Below, in pieces: positions 50,421 to 59,614 of a stretch of 64,000 bases of DNA. Numbering within the stretch: the stretch's first letter is position 1; every line of letters begins with the position of its first letter. The position numbers and the translations under genes were made by a program. The stretch covers positions 1-64,000 of the IMG/VR virus record IMGVR_UViG_3300023311_001083, one strand, 5' to 3'. The DNA comes from a virus. Its lineage: Duplodnaviria; Caudoviricetes. The notes beneath the pieces were generated by a model, which saw nothing but the letters and a program-made list of their open reading frames with translations, had not been told where the DNA came from and searched no databases.

Positions 50421-50687
50421 TTATTTAAGTTGTGATGATAAAAATAATTTATCTAACTTATCATTAATATCTTTTAGACTAGCTAACGCTTTTTCAGAAT
50501 GTGATAATGCAGCATTAGCTTGAGCATTTGATGTTGCCAATGATAATTTTGTATTAGATAAATCTGCAGTAATGCTAGACTGAGTTTTAGATATTGTATC
50601 TAGTTGTGTTTGCAATCCTTCGATATCAGAATTTGTAGCACATGCAGTTAACATTAATACAGCAGTAAAAATCATAATTTTCTTCAT
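50421..50687 (-). CDS. Lpp/OprI-like alanine-zipper lipoprotein
   Basis: Lipobox LTAC, heptad coiled coil, C-terminal KLDKLF...K. Confidence 0.7.
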   Translation of the reverse strand: MKKIMIFTAVLMLTACATNSDIEGLQTQLDTISKTQSSITADLSNTKLSLATSNAQANAALSHSEKALASLKDINDKLDKLFLSSQLK

Positions 50688-51002
50688 TTATTGTTTTCCT
50701 ATAAGTTAAAGTTTAAAAAATACATCAATAAAGAACTCTTAGAGTTTGGTTTATTTCCATGGCTGCCCAGAGTTACAGCTCTGCTCTATAGTCCAGCCTT
50801 AACATGGTACATATTTGTTCATCAATTTTTAAATATATGCTGTAATCATATATCTAAGATTATTAACATGGTGCATGGTCTATGACCAAGAATTATAATA
50901 AACTTCCGATCTATTATAATTATGTTAACACCACAAATATGTGTGAGTTCTTTAGTGATAGATTTATTTATCATTCAATAAAATTATGATTAAGAATTAT
51001 AT

Positions 51003-51611
51003 GAGGGGGCTTACGCCGCCCTTCCATTTCATGTTCATTTCAATTTCGCTTCGCTCAATTTCATAAACATTCATGGATATTATTTTCAATTATAATGGTT
51101 AATAATTATGGATCCCATTCACTAGATTGTAAGCCATTATTACCCAGTTGCCCAGGCAAAAAAATAGTATATTCACTGAGTCGGCTGGTTAGGCATACCA
51201 TTAGCGTTAACGCATTACAGAGGCGGTCATCCGGTACCTCGAGCGCAGTTATTATTATGACGGTGGCTTGTAAACATACGCTAACATGCTTACAAACGTG
51301 TAGGTTCTCCCTACTCTTTTAGCCTCGGTTTTATTATTGTAATAAGTAAATCAAATCGGTTTGGTGCGGGCATATCCGATCAACGTCCTGTAAAGGATAG
51401 TGATTTACATCTCTGCTGCTACGTCAGAAATTCACTTCATTGTGACCCTAGAATGGTCCAACTTTAAGTCCACCAATTACAGTCGCCGGTGGGAGCTTTA
51501 TATTAGCAGTTATGTGCCTGAGTTAAGTTATTCATAATGTGCCTGAGTTTGTTATTGAGATAATACTTTCGTATTAACAGAGTGCCTGAGTTTGTTATTG
51601 TAATAGTGTGT
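51003..51611 (-). ncRNA. unassigned large structured non-coding region
   Basis: No credible ORF, GC-richer than flanks, many hairpins, strong promoter at 51612-51640, terminal hairpin near 51003-51023. Confidence 0.5.
51514..51600. repeat. three direct repeats GTGCCTGAGTT(TGTTATTG)
   Basis: Copies at 51514, 51539, 51582; last two identical over 19 nt. Confidence 0.85.
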
Positions 51612-51640
51612 ATTGTATATTAAAATTACTATATTGTCAA
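51612..51640 (-). promoter_or_regulatory. sigma70-like promoter facing the non-coding region
   Basis: TTGACA-17nt-TACAAT. Confidence 0.7.
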
Positions 51641-51653
51641 CACTTTTTTTGAA

Positions 51654-51681
51654 AAAACGCAGTATTTTTAATACTGCGTTT
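51654..51681 (-). terminator. terminator after cspA
   Basis: AAACGCAGTATT / AATACTGCGTTT stem with U-tract on minus strand. Confidence 0.65.
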
Positions 51682-51690
51682 GAATGAAAT

Positions 51691-51897
51691 TTATAAAGTC
51701 TCTATATTAGATGCTTGTAAACCTTTTTGACCTTGTGTTAAATCATATCTTACTGGTTGGTTTTCCGTTAATGTTCTAAAACCACCATTTGATTGAATAG
51801 CAGTGAAATGTGCAAATACATCGTCACCACCATTATCTGGAGTAATAAAACCAAAACCTTTTTCATTTGAAAACCACTTAATTTTTCCTGTTGCCAT
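51691..51897 (-). CDS. cspA: cold shock protein
   Basis: GKIKWF..EKGFGFI (RNP1), DVFAHFT (RNP2), GQKGLQA. Confidence 0.95.
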   Translation of the reverse strand: MATGKIKWFSNEKGFGFITPDNGGDDVFAHFTAIQSNGGFRTLTENQPVRYDLTQGQKGLQASNIETL

Positions 51898-51927
51898 TAC
51901 TTAATATTTCCTATTGTTAAAAATTAT

Positions 51928-51960
51928 ATTATACTATCTATTGACAACCTTGTCAATAGA
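51928..51960 (-). promoter_or_regulatory. sigma70-like cspA promoter with palindrome over -35
   Basis: TTGACA-17nt-TATAAT; TCTATTGACA-ACCT-TGTCAATAGA at 51937-51960. Confidence 0.65.
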
Positions 51961-52015
51961 TTAGCGAAGATATTTATCTATAAAAATACTAAATATAATA
52001 AAACTAGGAGATATT

Positions 52016-52168
52016 ATGTTTACTACTATGAATTTTATAAAAACAATTGGTTTTATAATAGCAACAATATTATCTGCTGGTTTGTTTATAACAATATTAA
52101 TAATGATAATAGTGACAATTTTAATATTAGTCACTGGTATAATATATTTAAAACGAGTAAAATCATGA
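52016..52168 (+). CDS. 50 aa hydrophobic membrane peptide
   Basis: AGGAG SD, ACTAAATA upstream, stop overlaps next ATG. Confidence 0.55.
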   Translation: MFTTMNFIKTIGFIIATILSAGLFITILIMIIVTILILVTGIIYLKRVKS

Positions 52169-52416
52169 AATTTTTATATCAAGATTCACATACTGGAAAG
52201 GCAAGTACTTCAAAAATATGGACGCATATTGCATATGGTGTTGCTACATATGTTGTTATTAAAACAGCAGATAATGAAAGTTGGGAAACACTGTTAATAT
52301 ATATGGCAGTTGTTGGTGGATCAGAAATTGCTAAAAAGATTTTGACATTAAAATTTACAGGAAGTGATCATTCATCAATGATAGATGAATCAACTACTGA
52401 AACACATAAAAAATAA
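52165..52416 (+). CDS. small membrane protein (holin-like topology)
   Basis: GK.STSKIW..IA..VAT two-TM pattern. Confidence 0.45.
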   Translation: MKFLYQDSHTGKASTSKIWTHIAYGVATYVVIKTADNESWETLLIYMAVVGGSEIAKKILTLKFTGSDHSSMIDESTTETHKK

Positions 52417-52418
52417 CA

Positions 52419-52796
52419 ATGAGAATAAAAGAACTATTAGAAGAAATAACCCCCTCGAATTTATTAGAAATTGAACGTTTTGCAAACGGTTTATGGCAAA
52501 AATTAGGCATTGATGTTGAATTTTCATCACATTTTTTAACACAAGCTAATCATGAACGTAATGGCGAACCAGTAACTAAAAACGAATTAATAAGTATGTT
52601 TAAAAAACAATATAAATATAATGGAAAAGACATTTCCAAATTAGGCAATATTGAAGCAGTAATGAAAGATTTATTGACAGATATTAATTTACCATTTGTT
52701 ATTAGAGATACTGATCATGGTAAGACATTATTTGCAAAAACAGTGATGAGAAAGAAAGATTTCTTCTCACCTGACGAAATGTTTAAAGTTAATTAA
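52419..52796 (+). CDS. putative capsid-targeted protein
   Basis: MRIKELLEE N-terminus; KT.MRKKDF C-terminus. Confidence 0.6.
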   Translation: MRIKELLEEITPSNLLEIERFANGLWQKLGIDVEFSSHFLTQANHERNGEPVTKNELISMFKKQYKYNGKDISKLGNIEAVMKDLLTDINLPFVIRDTDHGKTLFAKTVMRKKDFFSPDEMFKVN

Positions 52797-52844
52797 TTGC
52801 CTTAAGGCTGTACGAAGAACAAAGAAATGGGAGCGGATCATTAA

Positions 52845-53138
52845 ATGAGAGCACGCGAATTTATCAATGAAGATTGGCAAAAAGTAAACAAAAAAGATAA
52901 AACTGATGGGATGAGTAAGAAAGCTGTAAATACTTACCGTAAAGAACATCCTGGAAGTAAGCTAAAAACTGCTGTTACAAAAAAACCGAGTGAATTAAAA
53001 AAAGGTAGTAAAGACGCTAATAGACGCAAAAGTTTCTGTGCAAGATCAAATGGCCAGAAGAAAATGCATAATATTGACTGTTCAAAAACACCAGATAAAC
53101 CAATCTGTAAAGCACGTAGCCGATGGAACTGTGAATGA
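52845..53138 (+). CDS. basic Cys-containing putative capsid-targeted protein
   Basis: MRAREFINE; RRKSFCAR...KAR.RWNC. Confidence 0.6.
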   Translation: MRAREFINEDWQKVNKKDKTDGMSKKAVNTYRKEHPGSKLKTAVTKKPSELKKGSKDANRRKSFCARSNGQKKMHNIDCSKTPDKPICKARSRWNCE

Positions 53139-53605
53139 AAGTTAAAGAAATTTTAGAAGTAACTATGAATAGTAAAACAGGCGCTGGTGCTGTAAGCAAT
53201 AATGATGAAGTAGATTACTTTGGTATTCGTGTAAAAATGAAACCATCAACATTTTTAAAGTTAGCAGAAGAAATGCCAATAGATTCAGAAGTAAAACAAC
53301 GAATTTTAAAATTAGCACAGTATATAAAAGATGGCGGGGAAATTGGTCAACCATTTTTTGGTATACATATTCCAGAAAAATGGAATTCTGGAGACTTTAC
53401 AGAATCTGCTGAAATTACAAATCATGAAGGACGCCATCGCATGGAAGCAATTATATTAGCGGAAGGTGATAACCCAGTTGAAGTGCATTTATTTCCTCAA
53501 TATTATAGAAATAGACATATAACATCTGAATGGATTAAACGACTTAATAAAAGTATTATTAGCGAGACTGGCCAATTGATTTCTGGCCCATTGTTTACAA
53601 TTTAA
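53135..53605 (+). CDS. ParB/Srx-like domain protein, putative capsid-targeted
   Basis: MKVKEILE; HEGRHRMEA motif. Confidence 0.55.
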   Translation: MKVKEILEVTMNSKTGAGAVSNNDEVDYFGIRVKMKPSTFLKLAEEMPIDSEVKQRILKLAQYIKDGGEIGQPFFGIHIPEKWNSGDFTESAEITNHEGRHRMEAIILAEGDNPVEVHLFPQYYRNRHITSEWIKRLNKSIISETGQLISGPLFTI

Positions 53606-53607
53606 GA

Positions 53608-53697
53608 ATTGCCCTTAGGACCGCAATACGTTGCGAGGCAATAGGTGACTACCACCTTTAGAACGTTGATTCGCTACCAACGTTCTATAAAGGGTAG
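53608..53697 (+). ncRNA. unassigned structured element between convergent genes
   Basis: ATTGCC/GGCAAT enclosing CGCAA-TACG-TTGCG; perfect TAGAACGTTG/CAACGTTCTA stem. Confidence 0.4.
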
Positions 53698-53703
53698 TAT
53701 TAA

Positions 53704-53934
53704 TTATGCGTAAGAATCTGTATCAGATGGTCTAATGTAATCTGGAACTGTACCAGGTTGACTCATTTGTTTTGAATGAACTAGTTCATCATCTACATTA
53801 TAAATTTTTACAGTATGTGAAAATTCTTTTTCTGCAAATTTTAATGCTTCTTCAAATGATTCAAAAAAATTATCGTATGTTGTTAATTTACCGTCATTCC
53901 AAAAATGTCTCTTTACTTTATGTTTATTACTCAT
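53704..53934 (-). CDS. hypothetical protein
   Basis: 76 aa, GGAG SD. Confidence 0.6.
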   Translation of the reverse strand: MSNKHKVKRHFWNDGKLTTYDNFFESFEEALKFAEKEFSHTVKIYNVDDELVHSKQMSQPGTVPDYIRPSDTDSYA

Positions 53935-54996
53935 TTAAATCTCCTTTTTAAAATAATTATTCCATATTTCTGATGTTTTATTAGTATACTTTGAAAGTGA
54001 CTCTTGGTGCTCTAAAACATTCAAATCATACTCATTATAAGTAATATGTAATTTTTTAACTATGTCTGTGCTGTCAACAGGGTTAGCACAATACTTTTCT
54101 ATGGACCAAGGAACCTCTGAAAATGTAGTTACTAATGGTATTCCTTGACTCAGTAAGTCCGCTGACACAATATTAAATGTTTCAGAGAAACTTACTTGTA
54201 ATCCAATATCCATTCCACTGCATAAATCTAAAAATTCTTCTCGTGGTCTCCATTGATGGCCAATTAATTGATGATTTGAATCAGAAATCTGTTCAAATAA
54301 TCTATATAAATTATTCATTACTGCATCACCTTTCATTTCAACACGGCCAGCATTAATGTGGAATCTTAACTTTTTACCAATTTGATTGGCAAAATCAATA
54401 GCTGCAAATGCTTGTAATATATGATTTTTCAAAGGTCTAATGGCACCGAAACATGAAATATCAATATATTCTTTATTCTTATCTAGTACTTTAGTTTTAT
54501 AATCTTGTGGATAATAATTCGGTAGATATAAAAGTTTTTTAGAAACTTGTTCATTTGACCAATTATTACGCGTTTTTAAAAATACTGAAATTTCATGAAG
54601 CATTCTAGGTGCATTTATCCCTATAATAATATTTTTAAAATTAGAATAGTCACCGATCCAATCTAATGCAGAACCTTCACCAGCTAAAAATGGCATTTCA
54701 GAATGAAGTCTTATAATCCAAATTACATTTGGATGTAATTTTTGTAAAATGACAAATTTTTGTGGCACAACCCATAATGCTTCAATTATAACATGTGTTG
54801 GATTATAATCAGATACTAATTTATCAATGCAATTGTTATCTATTGCAACTTTTAAATCACTTTCAATACCTAGATTATTTAACATGTGATTCATAAAACT
54901 TGCTGAGTTAAATAAACCTGTACTAAGACCTAATTTATTATGGACAGAAGCATTAAAATCTTCTCGTCTTTTTAAAATAAATAGTATTTTTGACAT
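53935..54996 (-). CDS. GT-B fold glycosyltransferase-like protein
   Basis: FGAIRPLKNH and SFSETFNIVSAD (EX7D variant) GIPLV; start MSKILF at 54996. Confidence 0.65.
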   Translation of the reverse strand: MSKILFILKRREDFNASVHNKLGLSTGLFNSASFMNHMLNNLGIESDLKVAIDNNCIDKLVSDYNPTHVIIEALWVVPQKFVILQKLHPNVIWIIRLHSEMPFLAGEGSALDWIGDYSNFKNIIIGINAPRMLHEISVFLKTRNNWSNEQVSKKLLYLPNYYPQDYKTKVLDKNKEYIDISCFGAIRPLKNHILQAFAAIDFANQIGKKLRFHINAGRVEMKGDAVMNNLYRLFEQISDSNHQLIGHQWRPREEFLDLCSGMDIGLQVSFSETFNIVSADLLSQGIPLVTTFSEVPWSIEKYCANPVDSTDIVKKLHITYNEYDLNVLEHQESLSKYTNKTSEIWNNYFKKEI

Positions 54997-55016
54997 ACTG
55001 TCCTTTTTATTTAAAG

Positions 55017-55688
55017 TTAAAATGGGAATAAACATGAATTGATGTACGCATGTGCATCATCTTCAGATAACCCAAGCGTTGATAAAATTCTAGGATTATG
55101 TGGATTTAAACGTTGATTTTCTATATAACATTTATGTTTAATAGAGATATCATCTATTGTATTGTTTGTGTCTTTTAATGAAGAAAGATATATATGAAGT
55201 GTATTAGAAATTGTCTTTGAAATTTGTGCTAACTCATCATTTGTTTGAATGTTACCAGCTGCTATAATATCATTTGAAAATATACGTTTTGCCCATTCAG
55301 GCAACTCGCGCTTTTTATTCCAACTTAATTTAGAAGATTCATCAGAGAACCAGGCTGATAACGAATGATTATCTATTACTGGACTAAAATCATGAAAACA
55401 TCCAGTAATTTTATTTTTACCTGCAAATACGTCAAAACCAAATATAGGGGCAGTATTGTGGTAATGTGGATAAATGCAGCAATGCATCATCCACAAACCT
55501 TTTGAGTCCATAGCATCAATAATATTGATATGTGCTTTTCTATATAACTCAGATTCCCAGGTTGTATTATACCAACCTGGTTTATTAAATTGGTCAGCTT
55601 CTGGTATATAAATTTCCTCACCAGTCTGCTTAAAGTTATAGTTAAATAGCTTACTTATATCAATAAGAGACAATTGGATGTTATTCAT
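55017..55688 (-). CDS. pcyX: ferredoxin-dependent bilin reductase (PcyA/PcyX clade)
   Basis: MHCCIYP..PIFGFDVFAG..ITGCFHDFSP, His-Asp spacing of 17 as in PcyA, RELPEWA..IFS, NPHNPR. Confidence 0.75.
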   Translation of the reverse strand: MNNIQLSLIDISKLFNYNFKQTGEEIYIPEADQFNKPGWYNTTWESELYRKAHINIIDAMDSKGLWMMHCCIYPHYHNTAPIFGFDVFAGKNKITGCFHDFSPVIDNHSLSAWFSDESSKLSWNKKRELPEWAKRIFSNDIIAAGNIQTNDELAQISKTISNTLHIYLSSLKDTNNTIDDISIKHKCYIENQRLNPHNPRILSTLGLSEDDAHAYINSCLFPF

Positions 55689-55995
55689 CTACTGGTAACC
55701 ATGCCCACGATTTTATTAATCTATTGATATTAGGTCTTCGTCTGAATAACCATATTCTACGATGTGGACCTGTATTTACAGTAAAATCATGTGGATCCAT
55801 CTGTGTAACAACTTTAGAAAATGGTAATTCTATTCTAATATACCAGCCATCATCTTGAATGCCAATTACTTCTGATGAATACACATGTTTACACTGAAGT
55901 TTGTATTCATGTCTTAAATTTTTACCAAATGCTAAAAAAACATTTGAAACATAAGGTTCGCCTGCAGTATGTGTTTTTATCTTAATAAGTTTCAT
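55681..55995 (-). CDS. hypothetical protein between heme oxygenase and bilin reductase
   Basis: 104 aa, overlaps both neighbours. Confidence 0.55.
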   Translation of the reverse strand: MKLIKIKTHTAGEPYVSNVFLAFGKNLRHEYKLQCKHVYSSEVIGIQDDGWYIRIELPFSKVVTQMDPHDFTVNTGPHRRIWLFRRRPNINRLIKSWAWLPVDE

Positions 55996-56524
55996 CCAAA
56001 CCTCTCATAATTTTTATAGCCCATTCAAATGCTACTCTAGCTTCATCGCCTAAATCATCAGTTAATTCTGCTCTAATTGCATTTCTAAGTCCTTCGACAT
56101 CATCGAATTGATAAAATTTACCAGATCCAGGGACTGTTTTAGCAATATATTGACCACCGTAGAGATCTCCCATGTGCCTAACATATAGGTGTGCTTTTAC
56201 TAAGTGTTTACGTTCTGGATCATTGATTAAATCTAAAACATAACGGTTATAATCTAATGTTTCTGGTAACCACGCATAATGGGTATCTTTATCAGCTAAT
56301 TCAGCAAAATCTTGATAAATGCCCGGCATTCTTTCAACACCAGGTAAATTATCAAAGAAACCTTGAATCCTACATCCAAATTCAACTGGACCATAACATG
56401 CAATCATTTGATATAAGTAACTTGTATATAGTTCTTTAGATATTTTACTAGTTAGTAAAAGTTTAGCAAAGTTAGTTTTCTCTGCTTCTGTGTGTAAATC
56501 TTTAGTAATTTCTTTTAAACTCAT
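55982..56524 (-). CDS. hemO: heme oxygenase
   Basis: LKEITKDLHTEAE, HLYVRHMGDLYGGQ, EARVAFE. Confidence 0.9.
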   Translation of the reverse strand: MSLKEITKDLHTEAEKTNFAKLLLTSKISKELYTSYLYQMIACYGPVEFGCRIQGFFDNLPGVERMPGIYQDFAELADKDTHYAWLPETLDYNRYVLDLINDPERKHLVKAHLYVRHMGDLYGGQYIAKTVPGSGKFYQFDDVEGLRNAIRAELTDDLGDEARVAFEWAIKIMRGLDETY

Positions 56525-56829
56525 TTTAAGTCCTCTTCAAGTTTAATTTGTAATGGAAAGTTGTTTTTTCTAGCATAACTTGTTGCTTCTACTGCCTTAG
56601 CTTCAGCAATTTCAAATGTATACGTACCAGCTAACCCTGAACCAGTATTATGAACAAGCATAGTTATATCAATTGCAGATTCCATACTATGTTTAAATAT
56701 GTCAACCAATATATCCTCAACAAAGTCAACTGGAGTAACATCATCATTTAATAATACAACTTTCCACAAGGATGGTTCAGCAATTTTAGTTTTAATTTTT
56801 TCTTTTAATTCAATTTCTGAATTTGACAT
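56521..56829 (-). CDS. clpS: Clp protease adaptor ClpS
   Basis: WKVVLLNDDVTPVDFV..IL..IF, VHNTGSG.AG.Y..EIAE.K, FPLQ. Confidence 0.92.
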   Translation of the reverse strand: MSNSEIELKEKIKTKIAEPSLWKVVLLNDDVTPVDFVEDILVDIFKHSMESAIDITMLVHNTGSGLAGTYTFEIAEAKAVEATSYARKNNFPLQIKLEEDLK

Positions 56830-56840
56830 GATATAATTCT

Positions 56841-57299
56841 CTATTTAGGTAATGATGTTTGTGTATCACTTAATGTAGTAATATTTATTTTTTTAGAATT
56901 TGATTCATCTGGAATAAGTTTTTCTAATCTAACAACTAGTATTCCGTCTTTAATAGTTGCGCTTCTAACATCTACATTTGCTGCAAGTGTAAAAGTTCTA
57001 TTAAACGTTCTAGTTGATATACCTTTATGTAAATATAAAATCGGTAAATCTTCTTTTGATTGTTCTCCATCGATAATTAATTTACCATCTTTGAACTCAA
57101 TCCCTATATTATCTGCATTAAAACCAGCAACTGCTAATTCCACTGCATAATGCATCTCATCCAACTTTACTATATTATATGGAGGGTATGCACTTTCTGC
57201 TCTTGTTGTATTAAAATATAATTCGTTAAAAATTTGATCAAACCCAATTGAATATCGATGCAAGGTGGGTATGCTAAAACTAGTTGTGATATTAGACAT
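56841..57299 (-). CDS. small heat shock protein (IbpA-like)
   Basis: IGFD, YPPYNI, ELAVAGF, LHKGI..R.F.R.F.LA, GIL.V.L. Confidence 0.92.
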   Translation of the reverse strand: MSNITTSFSIPTLHRYSIGFDQIFNELYFNTTRAESAYPPYNIVKLDEMHYAVELAVAGFNADNIGIEFKDGKLIIDGEQSKEDLPILYLHKGISTRTFNRTFTLAANVDVRSATIKDGILVVRLEKLIPDESNSKKINITTLSDTQTSLPK

Positions 57300-57317
57300 T
57301 TAAAAATCCTCATGAAA

Positions 57318-57349
57318 ATGCGCGGGTGGAAAACTAACCACCCGCATTG
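57318..57349 (-). terminator. hairpin between dnaK and sHSP
   Basis: GCGGGTGG / CCACCCGC stem. Confidence 0.5.
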
Positions 57350-57356
57350 CAGTTAA

Positions 57357-59249
57357 TTATTCAACTTCAGTAAATTCAGCATCAATAGTTTCACCTTTTT
57401 GTGCAGTTTCAGTTGCTTTTGCCTGCTCTGCTTCTTGTTTTTTAGTGAAAATTGGACTTGCTGCTTCAAAAAGTTTTTGAACTGCATCTGTGATTTTTTC
57501 TACATCATCACTGCTAATTGTTTCATCTATAACTGAAATTGCTGTTTCAAATGCCGTTACTTCTTCAGAAGATAACTTATCTTTATATTCTTCAAAGTCT
57601 TTTTGAAGAGTATGACGTTGTGATTCAGCTGTGTTTTTAGCTTCGATTAATGCTCTAGCTGCTTTATCAGATTCAGCATTTTCTTCAGCTTCTTTAATCA
57701 TACGTTGAATTTCTTCATCTGTCAAACCGCTATCTGCTTTAATGGTGATATTATTTTCTTTGCCAGTATTTTTATCTTTGGCACTAACATTTAAAATACC
57801 GTTGGCGTCAACATCTAATGTGACTTCAATTTGTGGTACACCACGTGCAGCTGGTGCAATACCTTCTAAATTAAATTCACCAAGTAATTTATTATATTTA
57901 AATAAATCACGCTCACCTTGTGCCACTTTAATAGTTACAGCTGGTTGATTATCTTCTGCAGTAGAAAATGTTTGGCTATGTTTAGTTGGGATAGTTGTAT
58001 TTTTACTAATTAAATTAGTAAACACACCACCCATTGTTTCAATACCTAAACTTAATGGAATAACATCTAATAACAATACATCATTTTTTTCACCAGATAA
58101 AACTGCGCCTTGAATTGCAGCACCAGCAGCAACTGCTTCGTCTGGATTTACATCTTTTCGTGGTGCTTGTTTAAAGAACTCTTCCACTACTTCTTGAATT
58201 TTAGGGATACGTGTTGAACCACCAACAAAAATAACGTCATCAATATCAGTAATTTTTAATTTAGCATCTTTCAACGCTACTTTACATGGTTCAATAATTC
58301 TTGATAATAAACCATCAATTAAAGATTCAAATTTACTACGAGAAATAGTTACATTTAGATGTTTAGGACCAGACGCATCTGCAGTAATATATGGTAAATT
58401 AATTACAGTTTGTGTAGCACTTGAAAGTTCAATTTTTGCTTTTTCAGCTGCATCCTTAATACGTTGAAGTGCCATAACATCTTTAGTTAAATCAACACCA
58501 GTTTCTTTGATAAATTCTTGATTTGCGTATTCAATAATGGCATGATCGAAATCAGCACCACCTAATAATGAATCACCTGATGTAGATAACACCTCAAATT
58601 GATGTTCACCTTCAACATTTGCAATTTCAATAACTGAAACATCATGTGTACCACCGCCACAGTCTACAATTACAACTTTTCGGTCTGATTTAGATTGTTT
58701 ATCTAAACCAAATGCCAAAGAACTTGCTGTTGGTTCATTGATAATTCTATCAACAGTTAATCCAGCAATTTTACCAGCATCTTTAGTTGCTTGTCTTTGT
58801 GAATCATTAAAATAAGCAGGTACTGTGATTACAGCATTGGTAACTTCATACCCTAAATAATCCTCTGCAGTTTTTTTCATTTTTCTTAGAATTTCAGCAG
58901 AAACTTGTTGTGGTGATAATTGTTTACCATCAATTTCTACCCATGCATCACCATTTTCAGCTTCGATTATTTTATATGGAAGAGTTTTAATGCTTTTTTG
59001 TACATCAGCATCTTTAAATTTACGACCAATTAATCGTTTTACTTCAAAGACTGTGTGTTCGGGATTTGTTACTGCTTGACGTTTAGCGGCAGAACCAACT
59101 AAAATCTCGTTACCAGTGTATGTAACCATACTAGGAGTTGTGCGTGCACCTTCAGAATTTTCAATTACTTTATAAGTGCCGTTTTCATATACCGCAACAC
59201 AAGAGTTTACGGTGCCCAAGTCTATACCAATAGTAGTTTTTTTACTCAT
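57357..59249 (-). CDS. dnaK: Hsp70 chaperone DnaK
   Basis: [48 protein letters not shown]. Confidence 0.97.
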   Translation of the reverse strand: MSKKTTIGIDLGTVNSCVAVYENGTYKVIENSEGARTTPSMVTYTGNEILVGSAAKRQAVTNPEHTVFEVKRLIGRKFKDADVQKSIKTLPYKIIEAENGDAWVEIDGKQLSPQQVSAEILRKMKKTAEDYLGYEVTNAVITVPAYFNDSQRQATKDAGKIAGLTVDRIINEPTASSLAFGLDKQSKSDRKVVIVDCGGGTHDVSVIEIANVEGEHQFEVLSTSGDSLLGGADFDHAIIEYANQEFIKETGVDLTKDVMALQRIKDAAEKAKIELSSATQTVINLPYITADASGPKHLNVTISRSKFESLIDGLLSRIIEPCKVALKDAKLKITDIDDVIFVGGSTRIPKIQEVVEEFFKQAPRKDVNPDEAVAAGAAIQGAVLSGEKNDVLLLDVIPLSLGIETMGGVFTNLISKNTTIPTKHSQTFSTAEDNQPAVTIKVAQGERDLFKYNKLLGEFNLEGIAPAARGVPQIEVTLDVDANGILNVSAKDKNTGKENNITIKADSGLTDEEIQRMIKEAEENAESDKAARALIEAKNTAESQRHTLQKDFEEYKDKLSSEEVTAFETAISVIDETISSDDVEKITDAVQKLFEAASPIFTKKQEAEQAKATETAQKGETIDAEFTEVE

Positions 59250-59327
59250 TTTATTTTCTCCTTTTAATTAAGCAAGTATTGTGGACAACATGTCCTTATA
59301 TCAAACCCGTTCGGCATTTAATATATT

Positions 59328-59606
59328 TTATTTATCATTTTTATTAAAAACAGTGGACCATTTTTGCAATTTTACTATTTTAGCAGCAGCAGCTTCATTA
59401 ACTTTATTTTTGTCAATGACGTTGTTTTCTTCTAGTAATAGTATAAGTGCTTTAAGGTCACCAATTTCTTCTTCAAGATGTTCCCTATTAGTTTCACCTT
59501 GCCAAGAAGTATCAATGCCAAATCTGAATATTTTACTGATGGCTTGAATTATTTCAGAGCATTCCTCAATTGTAATACTCAAAATCTCGTGGATCTGTCT
59601 ATCCAT
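59328..59606 (-). CDS. MazG-like nucleotide pyrophosphohydrolase
   Basis: EECSE..QA.SK..RFG, LEEEIGD. Confidence 0.75.
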   Translation of the reverse strand: MDRQIHEILSITIEECSEIIQAISKIFRFGIDTSWQGETNREHLEEEIGDLKALILLLEENNVIDKNKVNEAAAAKIVKLQKWSTVFNKNDK

Positions 59607-59614
59607 GTTTATTC

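Noticed and set aside
50757-50800. tRNA-Tyr-like anticodon stem-loop on the minus strand (GAGCAGAGCTGTAACTCTG)
   Set aside because: Loop size is wrong, with no T arm or acceptor stem; may be chance.
50691-50885. 64 aa ORF from the track
   Set aside because: TTG start, no SD, no recognisable motif; its translation matches the plus strand although it is listed as minus.
51095-51322. 75 aa plus-strand ORF in the non-coding locus
   Set aside because: Atypical composition, no SD, antisense to the promoter-driven structured region.
51514-51600. CRISPR mini-array
   Set aside because: Repeats of 11-19 nt with very short unequal spacers, non-palindromic, and no cas genes in the window.
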